DNA of 64,000 nt from Takakia lepidozioides. Its lineage: Eukaryota; Plantae; Bryophyta. Under the pieces are notes generated by a model. It was not told the origin of the DNA, searched no databases, and worked only from the letters and a program-made list of their open reading frames with translations. Shown here one piece after another: positions 61,941 through 64,000 of this stretch; within the stretch, counting starts at the first letter, position 1, and each line of letters opens with the position of its first letter. The translations under genes and the position numbers were made by a program. The stretch is from the NCBI GenBank assembly GCA_030704615.1, contig CM060734.1, positions 28,768,001 to 28,832,000 of the forward strand, read 5' to 3'.

Positions 61941-62344
61941 CCCAAGGCTGGGATGCCACAAGGTTATTTTTCCCTTGCTTCTTCTTTTGTTATTTTTCGA
62001 AAACCAATTTTTACCGAAGGGGAAAAAGAAAACCGAATTGTCCTTGCTTTCCTAATCTGATTTTAGGGCGTCATCTGCTTAACTAAAAAGAAAAAGATTA
62101 AGAAAAGAAAGAAAAAGGAAAAAAGATGAAAAGATAAAAAAAACCGTATGCAATGCTGTCTTTCGTATCTAAGTGTATTTGATGCAGCGTATAGTACGTG
62201 GCCGTGGGTTTTCTCGGAAGGCGAAGAGGAAGTGCGTTGGAGTGATGGGGGAGATCGGGGTGGTGGAAGATTGACAAGCAGTTGGAGGATTTTGAGGGTT
62301 TCGGTTTTTGAGCAAGTCATCAGTGAGGGCGACAGAGAGGGGAT

Positions 62345-63349
62345 ATGGATTCACTGCTGGCTAGCTATGGAAGCGACGATGAAGAAGACGAGGGGAAACA
62401 GGAGACGTCCCAGGCTTTTTCTCAATGTTCGGACAAGTTGGACGCGCCTTCAGAGCCAGTCATCAAACGCTCCATCCTGGGCGCTCTTCCTCCTCCAAGA
62501 AACCCTCAGAAGTCGATGCCTCCGAGGCATAAGTCATTAGATGCTCTAACAAGTCACAGAAGAGTCGGTGCAGCTCCCGCAGATGCTGTAGATGTGACGG
62601 GCATGGATTCTGCGGGAGGAATGAAGAGATTGGGTTCACTATTCGCCTCCCTTCCCCAACCTCAAAATTCATGTCCCACTGTCCTAAGCCCGATCCTCTC
62701 CGGAGAGTCTTGCCGGCATTTGAACAATGTACCAAAGACAGATGGCGAGTCGGATACATTGAAGGGAAGCTCCTTTGATGACAGTTCATCAGTGGTTTCA
62801 AGTGGGGGAGTTACTAACTCATTGGCCTTCGGTCAATCGCTGCCAGAGAGATCGGGCAAGGTAGGTGCCTCGCTATTCAGATCACTGCCGCCCCCAAAGA
62901 CTCAATCAGGAGGCGGAATCCAGCCATCTCAGAAACAGAAGGTTACATTCAGGCCACCCATCAACATGGCCCTTCTGGAATCCAAGGATGACGATGACTG
63001 GGAGCCTTCCAAAAAGCTGGCAAAGCCTGAATCTAGTACAACCAAGGGAAAAGGCGAGATTGGACTCGCAGCTCTCCTACCCGCCCCGAAGAATAGCTTG
63101 GGCGTAGGGGTCTCTCTGGGTAGCGGGGCAAGCCAGGGAGGGCGCCGAACCACAATGGAAACATCTTCGGAATTGGTAGTAGACCGGGATCCAGAACCTA
63201 TAGGAGAGGGTGAGGTTTCCAATGTAAGGGCTCCACAATCGTTTAGCACATTCATCGAGAGCGAGAGTGGGGCATCTCTAGCTACTGATGCAAGAAATCG
63301 GGAGAGCTTGTATCCACCACCTTATCAAGGATCTCCAGCTACCTTTCAG
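62345..63349 (+). CDS. Proline-rich protein PRCC-like, first coding exon (continues beyond window)
   Basis: MDSLLASYGSDDEEDE start, repeated (S)LF.SLP.P motifs, LLPAPKNSLG..SLGSG..RR..ME as in plant PRCC-family proteins; CAG|GTAAAA donor at 63349/63350. Confidence 0.75.
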
Positions 63350-64000
63350 GTAAAATTGTGTTCAGTAGATTTTTTTGACATGATTTGACGTTTGATTGGA
63401 TGCAGTTTAAGGGAGACAGCTCTCTTAGTTTCTTGTTCACAGGTCTTTAAATTGTGGCTGCTTGAGAGTTTAAGTTCGACATTGTAATTGACTTCAGTAA
63501 GTGATGCCCTATGCCTTTTTTTGATCTGCAATTGTTCAGGAGTCCACCCAGTTGTGTTGGTCATTCGTACCCAGAGAGATAATGTACTCATAAGACGTTG
63601 TTTGCCGTAGCATTGTGGCAATAGACCCTGCGCCCAGTTTGGGCAGAACAGATACTACCTTTGTGGGTGGGCTCACTCCGGTAGGTGACTTACCCTTTTA
63701 AGACAATTAGTTTGGGTTTTCCAGATATCCTCTAGAAAGCCCTTCACATAAGCATCACCTTACTGTGTGTGCTGTCCAGCAATTAGATCCCAACAGGGCC
63801 AGGGCTTTGGCTCAGCCTGAAGATTTTCAAAGTTGGTGAAAGCAGAGGTGCAGGGACAATGTTTACCTGACAGAGACAGAGAGGGACAGAGAGAGATTTG
63901 TGTGTTGTCCTCCATAAACCATCGTTCCCCTCCCTACATGTGTCCCACATTCACTGCACATGGATTGCTTTGTTTTCTTAGATGGGAGGATGCTATTTGA

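Overview
Repeat-dense, intron-containing eukaryotic DNA from a land plant, most likely a non-seed plant (inferred from GT-AG introns, plant-type SKP1/RPL17/THO3/B3/PRCC genes, and bryophyte-like retroelements). About 55 kb is nested, decayed mobile DNA. It includes non-LTR (RLE-type) retroelement pieces, hAT- and Mutator-type non-autonomous elements with intact TSDs, a CACTA TnpA-like fragment, a chromovirus 3' end, a Ty3/gypsy gag-pol, a tRNA-derived SINE, and a deleted Ty1/copia inserted in a THO3 exon. Two structures stand out. (1) A ~13.5 kb P-element-like DNA transposon (29075 to ~42553) with an 8-9 bp TSD, an intron-containing captured RPL17 copy, a 120-bp satellite, and an inverted right third. 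(2) Two diverged, oppositely oriented copies (~18.3-25.5 kb and ~48.8-54.8 kb) of a cassette: the tail of a putative DNA amino-methyltransferase-like gene, then a spliced gene with three FCP1/NIF-like HAD domains. Copy 1 also has a Ulp1-like remnant. Each copy is studded with its own dispersed palindrome. Apparently intact host genes occur only at the right end: an intronless SKP1 and exon 1 of a PRCC-like gene, separated by a decayed tandem duplication. All family assignments were made by eye from motifs; no searches were run.
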